Origin: Klebsormidium nitens
Lineage: Eukaryota; Plantae; Klebsormidiophyceae
Length of the DNA stretch: 64,000 nt
NCBI GenBank assembly: GCA_000708835.1
Contig: DF237139.1
Span: 62,001-126,000, forward strand
Direction of reading: 5' to 3'
In this document: positions 36,941 to 60,961 of the stretch, one piece after another
Layout: every line of letters starts with the position of its first letter
Position numbering within the stretch: position 1 is the stretch's first letter
Translations under genes and position numbers: made by a program
Notes under the pieces: model-generated
Databases searched by the model: none
Told to the model about the DNA's origin: nothing
What the model saw: only the letters and a program-made list of their open reading frames with translations

Positions 36941-39900
36941 ATGGGTCATGGTACGGGTGAGTCTTTTGGGGCAACTGCCAGGTTTATACAACTGATATGT
37001 ATTTTCGGTCAACAGAGTCAGGTGCCAAAGAGCAAGCACCGGTTCAGATCGGCGGCCCTGGAAAACCGGGAACTGGTGAGGACATTCCTCAACCATTCCT
37101 CACCTCCAAGGAATTTCAAAGAATGGGCCATAACGGACATGGGTAGATTGTACGTCAGCTTTGACAACCAAATGATATCAAGTACTGCCACTATCGACAG
37201 GCTTCAACGTTTTCCCTTCTTCAGGCATAAATCATCCTTCTCGGACTTAACAGTGTCTACCGCCGTGGATGAATCGCCCAGAGATTTATATTATCGTTAT
37301 TCCTCTGAATATTGTGGGTGCCTGCTAAACGTTCAATCTATCAGCTTCTGCTTTTCAGGGTCTTCCGAACATGTCGACAGTGACTCAAGTCACAAGAACT
37401 TGAAGCGGCAGAATGATGATGGGACTCTCGCTTTCAAAGTCAACTCGGTCATTCCGTTCACTTGTTCTCTGTAAAGAGAAGGTGCATGTGCCAACCAAAG
37501 TGTTACACGCTACGTCAAGAAACAATGTCCGAATTATGCTTTGAGTACCAGGAATCTTTAAGCAATTGCTTGTTTGCATTATTATTATGTCAGCAGGATA
37601 ATTGAACTGTAGGTGAAGGTTCAACAAAGAGTAGCTCCTGCCTCTCTGGCCATTCTATTCTAGAATGCAATCTCCCCTGGTCAAGCTGATCGGCGACTTT
37701 GCTGCACAACACACTGTGATTATCGATGCACTTTCCTTGACATTGCAGCAGACGCCTGGATCCAGAAGCGCATCGAACAAGACCTACTCGAGGCTACCCC
37801 AATCGGAGTCGACGAGCAAGGCGAACCGATCTATCGGCGGCGGCAACAGGGTTACGTAAGTTTGCCTACACATATTCTCAATCCATGTCTGGTCTTATCC
37901 TTATCAAGGTGTTTTACACCAGGTGGCTTCTCGGACTGATAAGTTCCTCAGCGGACAGTTTCGTGTTGCAATCCTGCTCCGAAACACATTTCCTTTCGTA
38001 TCTTTTCAGCAGGCTTTGACCATCTTTCTTGGTTTCCTGTGTCCGTCGTTCAGAGCTGAGTCTTATTGCCGTCCCCTTCCATTGAATGTGATCCGATACT
38101 TGGTTCACAGTCCCGGCCAAGGAGCGTCTGTGGCCTGTTTCCTGGTTTCACCTATGCCTTGGTGGAGGCGCCGCTTTGACCTCTCCTTATTTTGACAATC
38201 ACTGAGCTCATGAACCCAAAACGCGCTCAAAACCACCTTGATGGTCGAACCCCTCCGTAAAGCCGGCCCCTTAGAGTTGATCAAGGGAGCTGTTGTGGGG
38301 AAGGCCTTCGGATTCCGCAGCATGGAGACGCGTCATGACCGCATCCTACCCCCATGCTTTGTCCTCCGCATCAAGAGCAAAGTCTTCGATTTCAGAATGT
38401 GACCCTTAGACTACGCCGGGCTTAATATGCCGAACTCGTTTACGCTGTGCTAATTTTTGGGGGATTGTTTCCTGGTTATATCTGGGCTTAGTGAATACAT
38501 TCCGAGAATAAACGCCTTGCGGAAGGGGTTTGCTAGTGATGTCTAACTCCTTGCCCGACGTCGACCCACAAATCACCTGATTTTGCCTGCTGAATAGCAT
38601 CCATAAAGAGCTAATCTGAATTGAACAGCAGGTTATCATTCCTCCGGGCTATTGGGAGTCGGGTCGCCTAGGCATGGGGTGCGTGGAGGAGGGGCCGAGC
38701 GGTGAGGGCTCGAGCAATGAGGAGGACGCAAGTTCCGGAGCGGAGCCATTGAAGGAGGCCGGACCTCCGGAACAAGACCCTGACTTGCCAATCAAGAGTA
38801 AGGCCTTCGGCCAATGCTGCGCGTAATTTGCGTCCAGAAAAGACCGTAGTTCTGTGTTTCCTTCTGATACCGTATGAAAAGTTTCAAGTGCCATCCTGCG
38901 ATGATCTGAGAGAAGGCACCTCAGATCAAACGCTCACTCGTTTGATTCGAGCGCACCAAGTGACACATTTCACTGGGAGAGACCGGCTTTGAATGTCGCC
39001 AGGAAGGGTTCGGGTATGGGTGATGTTGGATTCATTGCGCCGCGAAGTGCCGGCTATGTACTGCTCGATTGTATTTTCCGCAGATTCAAAACCAGAATCT
39101 CAGGCACCTGCTCAGCACGACGGCTCTGACCAAGCTGGGAGTGGTGAGAACCTTCCACTACCGCTAACAACAGGCTTCTGGAAGTTTTCCCTCGCGACTC
39201 ATCGCTACGCGATCACTCAGCATTGTCTGTTGCATTTGATGGGTTGGCTATACGTACTGTGATGCCTGTAATCATTATCGTGATTGTCCGCTGAACACAC
39301 TATTAACCTTGATTTTGCTTTTCAGGGGCTTCCGCACCGGTCAAGGTTGACAGAGGAAAGAAGCGGCGGGAAGATGGTGGGACTCTTGCCATCGTCGAGG
39401 CATCTGATTGATTCAATGGCTGTCCAGTCAACCTCTTTCTTTTAATGTGGACACTGAAGTTAGGTTTTGTGGGTTGCACTCTATGCTGTTGCTCTATCAT
39501 GTCACCAAGAATTTGATTGACTGCCAGATTTGAGGATTCTAAATCACAGTTGCTGCGCCTCTGGCTCTTTCCGGCCTGAGCCGTACAAGGTGCGCATCTC
39601 CACGGTCAAGTCAAACGGCCACTTTTCCGCACAACATTCTTTGGCTAGTGAAGAAGTTTTTCCTGACATTGTAGCACGAGCCAGGATCGAGAAGCGCCTC
39701 GAACAAGACCGACTTGAGGCTACCCCAATTGGAATCAACGAGCAAGGCCGCCCGATCTATCGCCGGCGGCATGTGGGCTACGTAAGTATTTAACTACTTG
39801 TTTGCATTCTTATCTGCTTTCATGCTCGTTGAAGTCCTATGCCAGGTAGTCATAGGACGACGCCCATGACTGTTAGAAGGAGGTGCTTTCGTGATAACTC

Positions 39901-40929
39901 AGTTCCATGTGAGTCTGATACTTGCATCACTTCCCCTTTGGTCAATTCCCGGCAGGCTTTTATCTAGCATCATTGTATATCACTTTTGATTTTCTTCTGC
40001 TGACAAGTGTACGCGAGAAACCGAGTCACTCTACGACCTTGTCTACCTTCTGCGTCCAGCAATCTGTCCGGAGCTGGCCGCTTTCAGAAACGACATTCTA
40101 ATCATGAAAACGGCCCATGGAAACGGCCCCAACGATTCGAAAGGTGTTTCCTCTCACTTTGCTGTGTGCAGCGTTCTAAAGCAGTCTAGAGTCTCTGACT
40201 TTCTGATAATCAGCTCAACCCACAGTACATGCTATGTCTTTGTGAAAGCGCTTTGGCCTATCCATCCTCTCCCGTCCACCGAGATGTTCTTATCAAAAGC
40301 CGCGCTTGAACCGACTTCATCCCCTCGGTGATTTTAGCTTTTCATCAAGGAACCAGTTTTGCAAGTTTGCGGTATCTAGTAGTCTTCGCTGGCTCGGAAC
40401 GCGTCATAAGCGCATTCTTTTTTCCCCCTCTTTTCGTCCTCTAAACCATGAGCAAAGGAGCTGAGGAAAAGAACAGTTGAATACGCCTTTCAAAAATGTA
40501 AATGAGGGGCGAGACTGGGCAAGATGTCGACTCAGGAACGCGTAGGTGAGGCCGGATTATTGGCAAGATTTTGACTATACGGTTTTGGTTTACGTTCTGC
40601 TGGACAGGATCCTTTCTAAACTCAATGAGTAAATCCCGATATTGAACGCTTTCGGAGAGGTGCTTTTGCAGAAGTCGACCTTGGCACACTTTCTCAGCTG
40701 CTATGCATGATGACAAGTTAGCTAAGCTGCACATCTCCCCTTCAGCTAATTTGAATTTGTACGCCAGGCTGCCAACATTCCGGGCGACGACTATTGGAAC
40801 TCGGGTCGCCGTTGCGTCCTGGACGAGGAGGGGAAAGTGAGCGGCGAGGGCTCGAGTGACCTTGAGGACGCAAGGTCTGAAGCTGAGCAGTCGAACGAGG
40901 CCGATCCTCTGGAAAAAGCCTCCGAATAG
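36941..40929 (+). CDS. Putative spliced gene of unknown function inside a diverged ~2.1-kb tandem duplication (one two-repeat protein or two small paralogues)
   Basis: Paralogous exon pairs with matching size and phase: 37016-37075 and 39084-39143 (60 nt each); 37749-37855 and 39675-39781 (107 nt each; IQKRIEQDLLEATPIGVDEQGEPIYRRRQQGY vs IEKRLEQDRLEATPIGINEQGRPIYRRRHVGY); 38632-38797 and 40768-40929 (PGYWESGR vs PGDDYWNSGR). The exact exon chain is uncertain. Confidence 0.45.
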
Positions 40930-41199
40930 ATTGGTGTGTTGGACATGAGAGCAGTAAAATAAGGAGACGTTCAATCATGTTTGGGTTTGTGTTCTCGCCG
41001 TGGATCTGCCTTTCGACTAACGGTAACAAGGTCATGAGAAAAGGGTGCGCATGAAGACGCCGTTGCCTGGTTGCGTCGTTATGTCGGGTAGGAACAGCTA
41101 CTAAGACACATATAACTTGGTACACTGTGTTGCATACTCATACCTGGTCGGCGAAGCTTGGGCCCCGGCCTAGGGGCTGAACACACGCACTCAAGATGC

Positions 41200-41740
41200 T
41201 CTAGCTTTTCGATGGAAAGTTCGATATCTCAGTGCACCTAGTTGAAGCCCAAGAATACAGTATACTGTCGAAATCAACAAATTTCGCGCGTAAGTTAGTA
41301 ATCAATTCCATATATGCGCAGCCGGTCCATAGCTTTCTCCATTCGGCGCAGCGGCCGCACAACATGCATATATATGCTGGCATGGCCATGCATACGCGCG
41401 CATATCATTGCAATTCATGCGATTACTTTATTGCATGCCGCCAGTAGAGTGTCCAACGTGCAAAACGCATGTGCATACCCTGCTGATCGATGCCGGATAG
41501 GATTCCCTTTAGCCGCTATTGCGTATTTACGTCTTTTAGATGTTTAGCGTGCCTGCCAGCACTGCGGCATGTGTCAATTCAGCATGGTCATTGGATCTAG
41601 GGCTACCTAGGCCTTTGGAGCAACGGCGAACGTATTTTCAGCAGCATACGTCTGGAGCTCAACTATGAGTCTGCCCGCAGTATGGTCAAGGATTGTACAA
41701 GGTCCGTGAGTTATGCACCCCATGTTGGGGTCGCGCCTGA
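41200..41740. other. CATG/palindrome-rich intergenic island 3 (between the unknown gene and ALKBH1 3' ends)
   Basis: About 8 CATG in 41360-41590; palindrome GCATATATATGC at 41366-41377; alternating run CATGCATACGCGCGCATAT. Confidence 0.65.
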
Positions 41741-42535
41741 GTTTTGCAAGACAATCTGCACACTAAGGACAGTTGGCTGAACAGGTGGCCGCCCGCAAGA
41801 TGTCCATGCGTCCTAGGAACATTCTTAGGCTTGCCCGGCTTGCGGCGGCCGCCAAAATTGGCGTACAGTCAAGAGTACAAGTTCTGCTTATTGAAACCCC
41901 GTTTGCCTGACATTACCACCTTCCTTTTCGCAGGAGTCGTCCGAAGGAGCGTTCTGACATCTGTTTGCCGACGTTTTAGCACAGCTCTACTCAAGCTCAG
42001 GCCAGCATCCTGCAGGCCCACAAATGTTCCAATCGTTGATAGGATCCGTCAATGCACCTGCAAAAAATTCAGAGAAACTTAATGAGGATTTCTGCCATCT
42101 GTAGCACTCGGCAATGAAGCAGACATGCGGGGGGAGGCCGAAACTTGTCACACCCTGGTCAAAGGACCGCGACTCATTCTTAGAAGTAATGCATCATAGG
42201 ACGAAGCCATCGAACTAACTCTTGAATTTAGTGTTAGGTTTTTTGTATAAGCTGCATCACATTTCTTTAAGATGAATATGATGCATAGTCAAACGCGTCG
42301 GAACATATGAATTGAGGTACTGCCAGACGTTAAAGTGCATCTCTGTCACAACTCGCTTGTGGCCTCTGAACATCTATGAGAAAGTTTCAAAGCGCAGATT
42401 CGTGAAGGAAACGTCCGCAACGGGCCGGCCGTTGTTGCGCTTGCAATAACCGACTCGAAATAACCTCACTTTCCCAGTTTGTCGAGCGGGTTGACCTGCT
42501 TTCCTGCGGCTCTAGAATCTAGGTGTGCCACGGTA

Positions 42536-45500
42536 CTAGATACAAAGTAGCCCGGGGGAAGCAAGCGCACAGTATGCAGCAAAAAGCGGCTGGAAGAAAC
42601 TGCTCGGTTTCGACAAGGCCACACAAAAACAAATACCCGCAGGCGAACGAAGTTGCGATTCCGATGAATGCCTAGTCCGCATACGAGGGAGACTCTCCCG
42701 GAAAACCAGTCTCCTTCTCCAAGATACCAGCTGACACTTTGCCAACAGCTTTGCTTGTGAGAGCGAAGGAGAATTCAACTTCACCTGGCGAACATTGATG
42801 TTGATGCGGGAACTCGCAATGTAGTCGGCAAACGGCCGGAAGTCAGTGTCGGCAGAGTCTCGCTGGATCGCTGGGGGCAGGTCGCTGTGAAGAGCGTCGG
42901 TAAAGATACGGGGCACACCTGGAGAGGGGACGAGGGAATGAGCGATTTTAAAAGGGTGATCTGGAGATAAGGAGTAGAAAGGGCAATGAGAAAGGTGAAT
43001 AGACTCCGCGGAGTCCACTAAATTTGTGCGAAGCAATGGCGCAGAGACCGCACGAGGTTGGAAGGAAGCAGGGGCCTAGGCGCCCGGCATGGCCCCCGGT
43101 ATGAAGGGCGGCGTATTTGGCCTCCTTCTCGGGCCCTTTAAGCTTTTCGAGAATTCGCACCCAAAATGTTGTTCTTGACGGATTCTTGGATGCTTCCTGA
43201 GTATGGCCGAGAGTACAGCATGTCGCCGAAGACCGCAGGTTTCCCAATGACAGATTGCAGACTGAGATCTTGGGTGCAACTTTTAAGGGGCCGAGCTTGG
43301 GTGTTGCTCGGCAAATTGCCGGGTACATTCCTCCGTTGGCCTGCCCATGTTTAAATGGACCCCAAGGAGAATCCGTGTTTCTAACATGCGGGTTTTATCA
43401 TCCATCAACGCAATTGTGTGCTTCGATGCTTCTTAGAAGGATATGGACTTAAGCCTTGGCCTCGATGCTCTTTAGAGCTGCAGCAATGTTCTCATTTCCA
43501 TGCCAGGACCAATGCCAGACAGTCCTCTTTTACGCTTTCAAGCTTGTAAACAATCAGACGCATCAGCAATTATGAGGCTTCCGCAGTCCCGTTCGGGTCC
43601 TCAAGGGGTCTCAGTGATCCTCCGAGCATGGTTGCCATTCGATTCAATTCATTCAAGTTGACCGAGGCCCTGTTCCAAATATGTAGATTCTGACGGTGAG
43701 ATTGGGCGTACTGACCGTGGTAGCATCTTCGAGCAGGGCCCGCCATGAGAACCACGTCGCCGCTCCGCAGAAAGATGCCCGTCGGGGGAACGTCGCGTGT
43801 CTCGCCTCCGATCAGGAAGAGGGCTTTGCATCCCAAACTGTACCAAGCGGCAATGCCTCGGATTCAGGAAGATCGAAATCAGTATGTCCGCAGCGGACCG
43901 CGTCTGAATACACGCGGGCTCAAGCTGAATTACGGGCATGGCTTGAGAGCTTATCTTGATGCTCGAGCTTGTGTTGCTTTTCAGAAAAGGGGAGCAGAGA
44001 CGATCAAAGAGGAGCGTTATTCTTTCTCCACTTGTATGGGTGCACAATCATGGGAAAAATTGCACTTCGCCGCGAAGTGACCAGTCCGCAAGAATGGTCA
44101 CACTTTCTCAATTGGGTGGCGCTTACTCTCAACTTGAGACAAGCTTGACGAGAGTCGATCGAAGCAAACACACGTTCAGCTGGTACGAGTGGTGACATGC
44201 AGAAAACGATTCGCGTCTGCTGCGAACCATTCCTGTCCGACCAAAAGAAAAAAACCTCCAGCAAAAATTTCCATCAGAAGACCTTTGAACCCATTTACCT
44301 TATGCTGACAATCGGCAGATCCATGTTCTCTTCCACGTCGTCCAAGTGCCCACTCAGCGCATCTGCCGGCCCGTAGTAGTTTACAATCGCCCCCTCCGCT
44401 CGAAACTCCCTTCCCGGCCCCTCTTTCCTGCACTCCGCGAATTGACTTTCACTTTCTCTTTCCTGGAGGCCCTTTTTACTCTTCCGTCCCCAATCGCTCG
44501 TGTTCTCACTCTTCCGCCCCGCTTTACACTCCCCCCCCGGAGGCCCCTCCCCGATTTGTTGCCCCCCTTCTCTTCCAGTCTCACTTTCCAGATCCCCGTT
44601 ACCTCTACTCTCCCTCTTCCGTTCTCCCACGCTCCCGCTTTCACTTTTCCACCCCCCCTCGCTTCTCTTCTCAGTCTTCTGCCTCTCTTCGCTCCCGTTC
44701 GCATCCTTCCGCCCCCGCACGTTTTCGTTTGCACTCTTTTGATCCCCTTCACTCGTACTCTCACTGTCCGGCCCACTTTCAATCCCGGTTTGACACTCTC
44801 CTTCCGAGCGTTCCAAATCCGGAGATCGAAGAGGTTGCTGAACAAAATTTGGATTTGAAACGCTCTGAACAGACAGGTGTCGCATAGCGGGGGCCGCCAG
44901 CCTGGCGGCCAAATCGGCCAGGTCAGCAGGGAACGGCGCATGTGGCAGGCTCTCATCGTAACTCCTAGACGACCAGTCGTATTGCAAACCCAGCGTAGCC
45001 CATCGGAGCTTCCGCAAGAGTTTTGCAGCCGAGGGGCGGCGTTTCAACATAGGATCAGTAATTTTGGAGGAGGATTCCGCTCTACCAGTGGTGCCTGGTC
45101 CTTCAATCGCAGCGTCCAAATGCCCGTTTTGAAATGAGGCTCCTGCTTTTCTGCTTGAAGCGTGCACCGGTTCAGCTGAACAAGACGAGCCAGGATCCAG
45201 CGATTCCGCTTCCAACGTCAAAGACCGGCTTCCTGTGCCTTCCAGCTCTGTGGAACGAACCCCGTTCTCTGCCCTTCTATTCAGTCTTGAACAACCGCCG
45301 TTTGAAGCCGTTCCAGAGACTCGCTCTGCTTGTGCTTTCACAGACCGTACTGTGTTTGCATCAGCTTGAGACTTCAACTCTTTCTGTGCTAAGCCCCAGA
45401 GGCCCTTTACTGGACCGTACTCTGCATTGTGATTGGTGCGGTTTGGGGGCTCAGGAAAGACTTCCAGCGCTTGTTGGATCCAGTACTGTTGTTTGCAAAC

Positions 45501-46187
45501 AGGGATTGCACCAGGCACAAGGTAGAGACCTGCAGAATCAATCACACGTTTGATGAACTTGCGAACTTGGCTGTAAGCTTGAAATCTATGTGAGCTCTAT
45601 GATGGGGTTGATTCTCACGACTCAATCTGTTCTAACTTGGGCGTTTGAACATAGACGGTTGCACTGGAAGTGATGCGTAGCTGTTCCAACGACTGTGAAC
45701 GGACCAACTGTAGAATCTGAACGAGTGCGCTTCATTGTTGCAGTGGCAGGGGCTAAGAAGAGCAGCTGAGAGCTAAGAGGTAGGTGCTATGCCTGTTTAA
45801 ATTGGGAGGAGTTGACAAGGGCATGCAAATGCAGAGCGCTGAGTATGGTGTACCTACTCAAGCAGGGCAAGAAGCGCCGCCAGTCAAAGAGCGATTGAGA
45901 GACCAAACCACTTGCACCTTACCTGGATGCGAATGCAGGATGTACGTGGGACGGTTACATCCACTCTCCAACCTCTGCGCACCTCTTTCTTCAGCATAGG
46001 CGCCATCTTCCTGGATGCGATTCAGGTCAATCACGCCTGACAAGTCCACCTCCTGCTTCGTTTTCCTGCTGCCTTTACCACTTTCACCGCTTTTGGGATT
46101 CCGCTCAGTGTACAGCTTGTACAGCTTCTCAGCTTTGCGGAAGGCGGTGCGGCCGTCTGCGTTGTCGGAGGCCTGCTCGTAGCCCAT
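42536..46187 (-). CDS. ALKBH1: AlkB homolog 1 family Fe(II)/2-oxoglutarate dioxygenase
   Basis: Exons 46187-45923, 45529-44299, 43837-43716 and 42918 onward. N-terminal RTAFRKAEKLYKLY, FPEPPNRTNHNAEYGP, LRWATLGLQYDWS, GAIVNYY, HxD in LSGHLDD, LRSGDVVLMAGPARRCYHGVPRIF, RININVRQ. The 3' end is uncertain: a donor at 42784 could lead to a short last exon instead of read-through to 42536. Confidence 0.92.
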
Positions 46188-47156
46188 TGCCCCTCTCCCC
46201 ATTTCAAAAGCTAGGTGCAACCAGCAGACTTCACAGAAGCGGAAGCAAAGGCATTCTGTCTGGCTCGAGGAGAGTGCTAGTTGGACAAGGATTTGAGCGC
46301 TTCAGAGACCCGTCCTGCTCACTGCTTTGCTAGTTTTGTCAGGGCAGCTAGCTGCACTGTAGCAGTAGTACTAGTACCAGAACATGAATCTGATACATCA
46401 TGCAGTCTAACTGCAGATGACAAGAAGCTCCACCCATGCAGGAAGCTGGACTGTGTGAATACTTTACCAATCTGCCGTCTTCCCAAGGCCGTCGGTTGGT
46501 TTGATATTACCACGGCAATATTAAATAGACTCACTTGGACTTCACCGGGCTTGCCAAGGAACGGCACTCTTCACCAGTTTGGAGACGGTTCTTACCGCAG
46601 GCTCTGTCTGCGAGAATTCGCACTTTTGGATGTGCTGCTGGAAAAAAATGACAAATTTGAAGAAGAAAGACGCTTCTTTCCATGTAAGATAGCGCCCATC
46701 CAACGTAATTCTATTACAATTTACAGCCGGGAGGTTTGTCTCCATTTTCATCTGCTAGAAACGTAGCAGTCGGAAGATTGCAAGGATTCTGAGGTGTAAA
46801 GGGCACGTCTTTGTTGAGGAACCTCGCAGGAATGCTGCCTCTCTTCGGTTCCCTCCAGCTGCAAGAAGGAAGCTTTTCTCTTCTTTCCGAAATCCTTTGC
46901 ACTGGCAGCAAGCGCAAAGCTGGAATCAAGTAACCGGCAGAGATGACATCTTGACAGTCTGGAATAAGAGAAGTTGAGGCACAGAGGACAGGTCTTGTTG
47001 AGCCACAGCAGGATTGCTGCACCAGTTTGCCTTCTCCCTTTTAAGCACAATAGCTTTCCTCAAAGCCTCCGCACTGGCAGCAGGCCCAACGTAGGTTTAA
47101 ATGCTTATGATGAGCCGGCAGAGGTGACATCAGCGGTGACATAAGAGGTTGACATC

Positions 47157-49040
47157 ATGAGTATGTTCCAGGCTCTGAGGCCCTTGGCTAAAGAGATGCT
47201 AGAGAGGGCGGGGGTGGTGGTCCAGTTTGGATCGTTCATTTACTGCTTCGGCACCTATGTGATGGATGTGACCACAGTAAGCTGTCAGTTCTTTGCTTCT
47301 CGAGCTAACAAACCAGCAGTTTTGAGAACGGGAGAATTGGAAGATTCCAGGTCATGACTATGAGGGTTGCTGGAATAGATTGACCCGTCAAGCTGCTGAC
47401 TAGGGCCTAGTAAGAGAAGGTTAACCATTTTGTTGAAAAGCAGGTGGGATGCTTCCGTTTCGTGGACTTTACTTCGTATCCAGATGCAGTTCTTGCCCTA
47501 GCTTTTCAAGGTTCGCAGATCTGGCACTTCAACATTCTCAGCAAAGCCCTTTTCAGACCAGGAACTTCAGTTGCGCAAAATTGTCCAATGAAAAATAGCA
47601 ACCGTATCATCAATCAGCAAAGTCATGGTCCTTCCCTGCTTTGCGCAGTGTGTCGGCCCCAGCATGCTTCCAAGCTTCAACGCGGAAGGAAACATCATTT
47701 TTGTCGAGCACATCTCCCCCCGGTTGGGCCGGCTGAAAGCGGGAGACGTCGTGACGGCGCAGTCCCCCAGGAATCCAAACGCGGTCATCTGCAAACGGAT
47801 ACTGGGGCTAGAGGGGGATCGGATACGGGTGCCGCCTACGATGCCTCGTGATAGTATACGATTAGTGACAGTGAGTTCTGAATGGAAGTTTTCTCTCAGT
47901 TGTTCGGTGGCATGCGTGCTGCTCTGCTTCTAAACTCGGAGTATTTTGGTGGAGCTTTTAACGCACTCAATTGTGAGAGCCCAAGTTCAACAATGAATCG
48001 ACTCAAATGCAGCGCCCTTGCAGAAGGATGCTCGAGGGCCAGTGTTTGGTGGTTAGTGTTAAGCCCGTCAACTTTGACAGCATGCCCAGGAAGTCACGGA
48101 GTCTTCTCAAATGCTGTCGCCTTCCCAGCAGGATTACGACAGCTTTAAGAGTTGCAACCGGGACGCCTACGCATTTCCAAATTTGCACCTAAAAGCACGT
48201 CTTTTTACTGATTGTCGTTTCACGAGTGAGGAGGCTTTATGAACGGCTCAATTCCCGACTTCCTTTTGTTCTACAAAGAAAGATCTGAACAGAAGTAAGC
48301 TTGTCGAGACATAGTTTCGGGTTTTGGAGGAAAGCAGAAGCGAATTTCACAAACCGTACTTTTCCGCAGGTTCCGAAAGGCCACGTCTGGTTACAGGGCG
48401 ATAACCAGTTTGTGTCTCGAGACAGTCGCGAGTACGGGCCAGTCCCCGCCGCTCTCGTGAAGGGGAAAGTTGTTTTCAAGGTGAGGTTGTCTGGTGGGGG
48501 AAAGTACGTTTTACTCAATGTTTTGCGGTTGCCAACTTAATGCCTATCCATTTTGAAACTCTTGTGCACACGATTGGATTTGACTTATGAAAAGGTAGTT
48601 TAAGGGGGCCAGAGTCATGATCCGGATGCTTAACCCAATTTTAGGAGCTGGGACGATCAGCCAGACAATGGTCTGCTTCGCTATGTTGTTTCCATTGAGC
48701 TCCTGCGGTGTGTCTGCGCTTCGCGAGACGAACGGAGCATTGGCAAAAAGCTACTTGAGCTTTTGATGGGGCTATTTAATGACAAGCCGCTTGCGCCTAA
48801 AGACTCTTTAGAACTCAAGACCTGATTGTCGTGAGATTTCTTTACTGCGGTCGAATGAAGCACACTTGTCAATGCAACGAGAGGGTTGCCGACTAGGAGC
48901 GAATCAACACATTGAAGACGGAATCCAAGAGGACCTTCTGTTCATTTCAGGCGACAACATAAGATTTGACTATGGTTCTTGCTGCTTTGCAGATCTGGCC
49001 ACCATCGCAATTTGGTCACGTGGAGTCACGAATACCTTGA
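47157..49040 (+). CDS. IMP1: Mitochondrial inner membrane peptidase subunit 1 (S26 family)
   Basis: Exons 47157-47276, 47649-47870, 48370-48480 and 48993-49040 (166 aa). Catalytic Ser in CVGPSMLP, catalytic Lys in [17 protein letters not shown]...[12 protein letters not shown]-terminal KIWPP. Confidence 0.93.
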
Positions 49041-49289
49041 CGATTCGTCATTGGCTGTTGACCATACAGTCAAATAGGTTTTCTCAGAGCCGTTTCGTGG
49101 TTCTGCAAAAACTGAGCCGTCTTTATCAGAAGCAAGCCTGTACTAGGACAGCGGCCCGATCTACGTTGGCGTCATGCAAATCGTCAACAGCAAGATGCGG
49201 TTCGGATTGTCAGTCGTTCATTCAGGACACGTCAGCTTCGTGTTTTTTAATGCCAGGCTGATGGTGCACTCACAGTTATATATCCACAA

Positions 49290-49860
49290 TTTGAAAACTT
49301 GAATGCCATGCAAACAAATAGCATGTTGAAAGTACTCATCATTACCATGTATGCGAAGGCCGATATCATCAATAACTAGAGTCTCGATCCGCTAAGTTGA
49401 TTATATAATGTCCAGATCCGACCAACCGGCGGCATGCCATATGGCACATAATGCGAGTGTCAGATTCTTATGTTCCGCCGGAAATTGTGTAGTCTTACCC
49501 CGCGGGCCGATCGGACATTTGCCAGTTCAATGTGTAGTCTTACCCCGCGGACCGATCGGACATTTGCCAGTTCAATACACCACCGGAGAAGGCCCGTACC
49601 TGGGCGGACCCGATAAGCCCATCAGCTGTCCTGCATGTGTTTACTAGCTTGTGCATGCGTGATAATTTCGGTTGCATATGGCCATTGAGGTTGTGCCGAA
49701 TGCATGCATGCGAAAGAGAACTACGTCGAGTCCGGAAAGCGGTCGGACATCATATGTTGATTCACCAGATTTATCTAACATGACTCAATGGTCGGACGCA
49801 CTTCTTAGTTATATGCTTAAGCGGGTCAGTCTCAGTCTGACATTGACATATTAACCCGAC
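49290..49860. other. CATG/palindrome-rich intergenic island 4 (between convergent IMP1 and mtHSP70)
   Basis: About 9 CATG in ~480 bp, including GCATGCATGC, CATATG twice and GGCATGCC. Confidence 0.6.
49486..49575. repeat. 45-bp direct tandem repeat x2
   Basis: TGTGTAGTCTTACCCCGCGG(G/A)CCGATCGGACATTTGCCAGTTCAA occurs twice with 1 mismatch. Confidence 0.95.
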
Positions 49861-49941
49861 CCTCCGACGGCAGCTTGCATAGTCCCCTGCACCTCTGCCT
49901 AAGTCATCATCACGTATTGACAATATCTATTCCGACGCTCC

Positions 49942-60583
<10,642 letters not shown>

Positions 60584-60933
60584 GATTGCTGGCGGTCAAA
60601 GGTGCGATTTCTTACTGCAAGTTCACACCTTGAAAAACATCCACCACAGTGCTCCACCCCGAATGCCCAAACTGTCTCCACACACGTCCCTTTCTCCTTA
60701 AAGAGCTGGGCAGCCGCAACAGCGGTGCTCGTCTTGATGCGAGTGAAGCCAAGCCTCTTCTCTCGAGTTCTTTCTTGAAAGCAAAGCTCAGCTCACGGCT
60801 CTTGAAAGCATGGCGTGGCCGTCCCAAAGCCCACACAGGGTAGATGCAAGCGAGAGACATGAATTCAGTGTCGTCGAAAGGATCCAGTGCTCGGAATGCA
60901 TTCATCGCTTCGACGAGAAATCTATGTTTTACC

Positions 60934-60961
60934 TTCTAGAATAATCCGAGCTCGCGGGAAA
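60934..60961. promoter_or_regulatory. Possible heat-shock element core (TTCTAGAA, 60934-60941) and E2F-like site (GCGGGAAA, 60954-60961) upstream of mtHSP70
   Basis: Consensus matches about 350-380 bp upstream of the inferred ATG. Only two nGAAn units are present, so this could be chance. Confidence 0.25.

Noticed and set aside
40441-40974. 177-aa - strand ORF
   Set aside because: No recognisable motif, and it overlaps a + strand exon that has a paralogue at 38632-38797, which better explains the sequence.
41787-41850. Imperfect inverted repeat (GGCCGCCCGCAAG ... CTTGCGGCGGCC) as a MITE or miRNA hairpin
   Set aside because: Arms are only ~12 bp, no target-site duplication is seen, and there is no second copy in the window.
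15588-49575. 30-bp and 45-bp direct repeats as CRISPR-like arrays
   Set aside because: Only two adjacent units each, no spacers, no cas genes, and a eukaryotic context.
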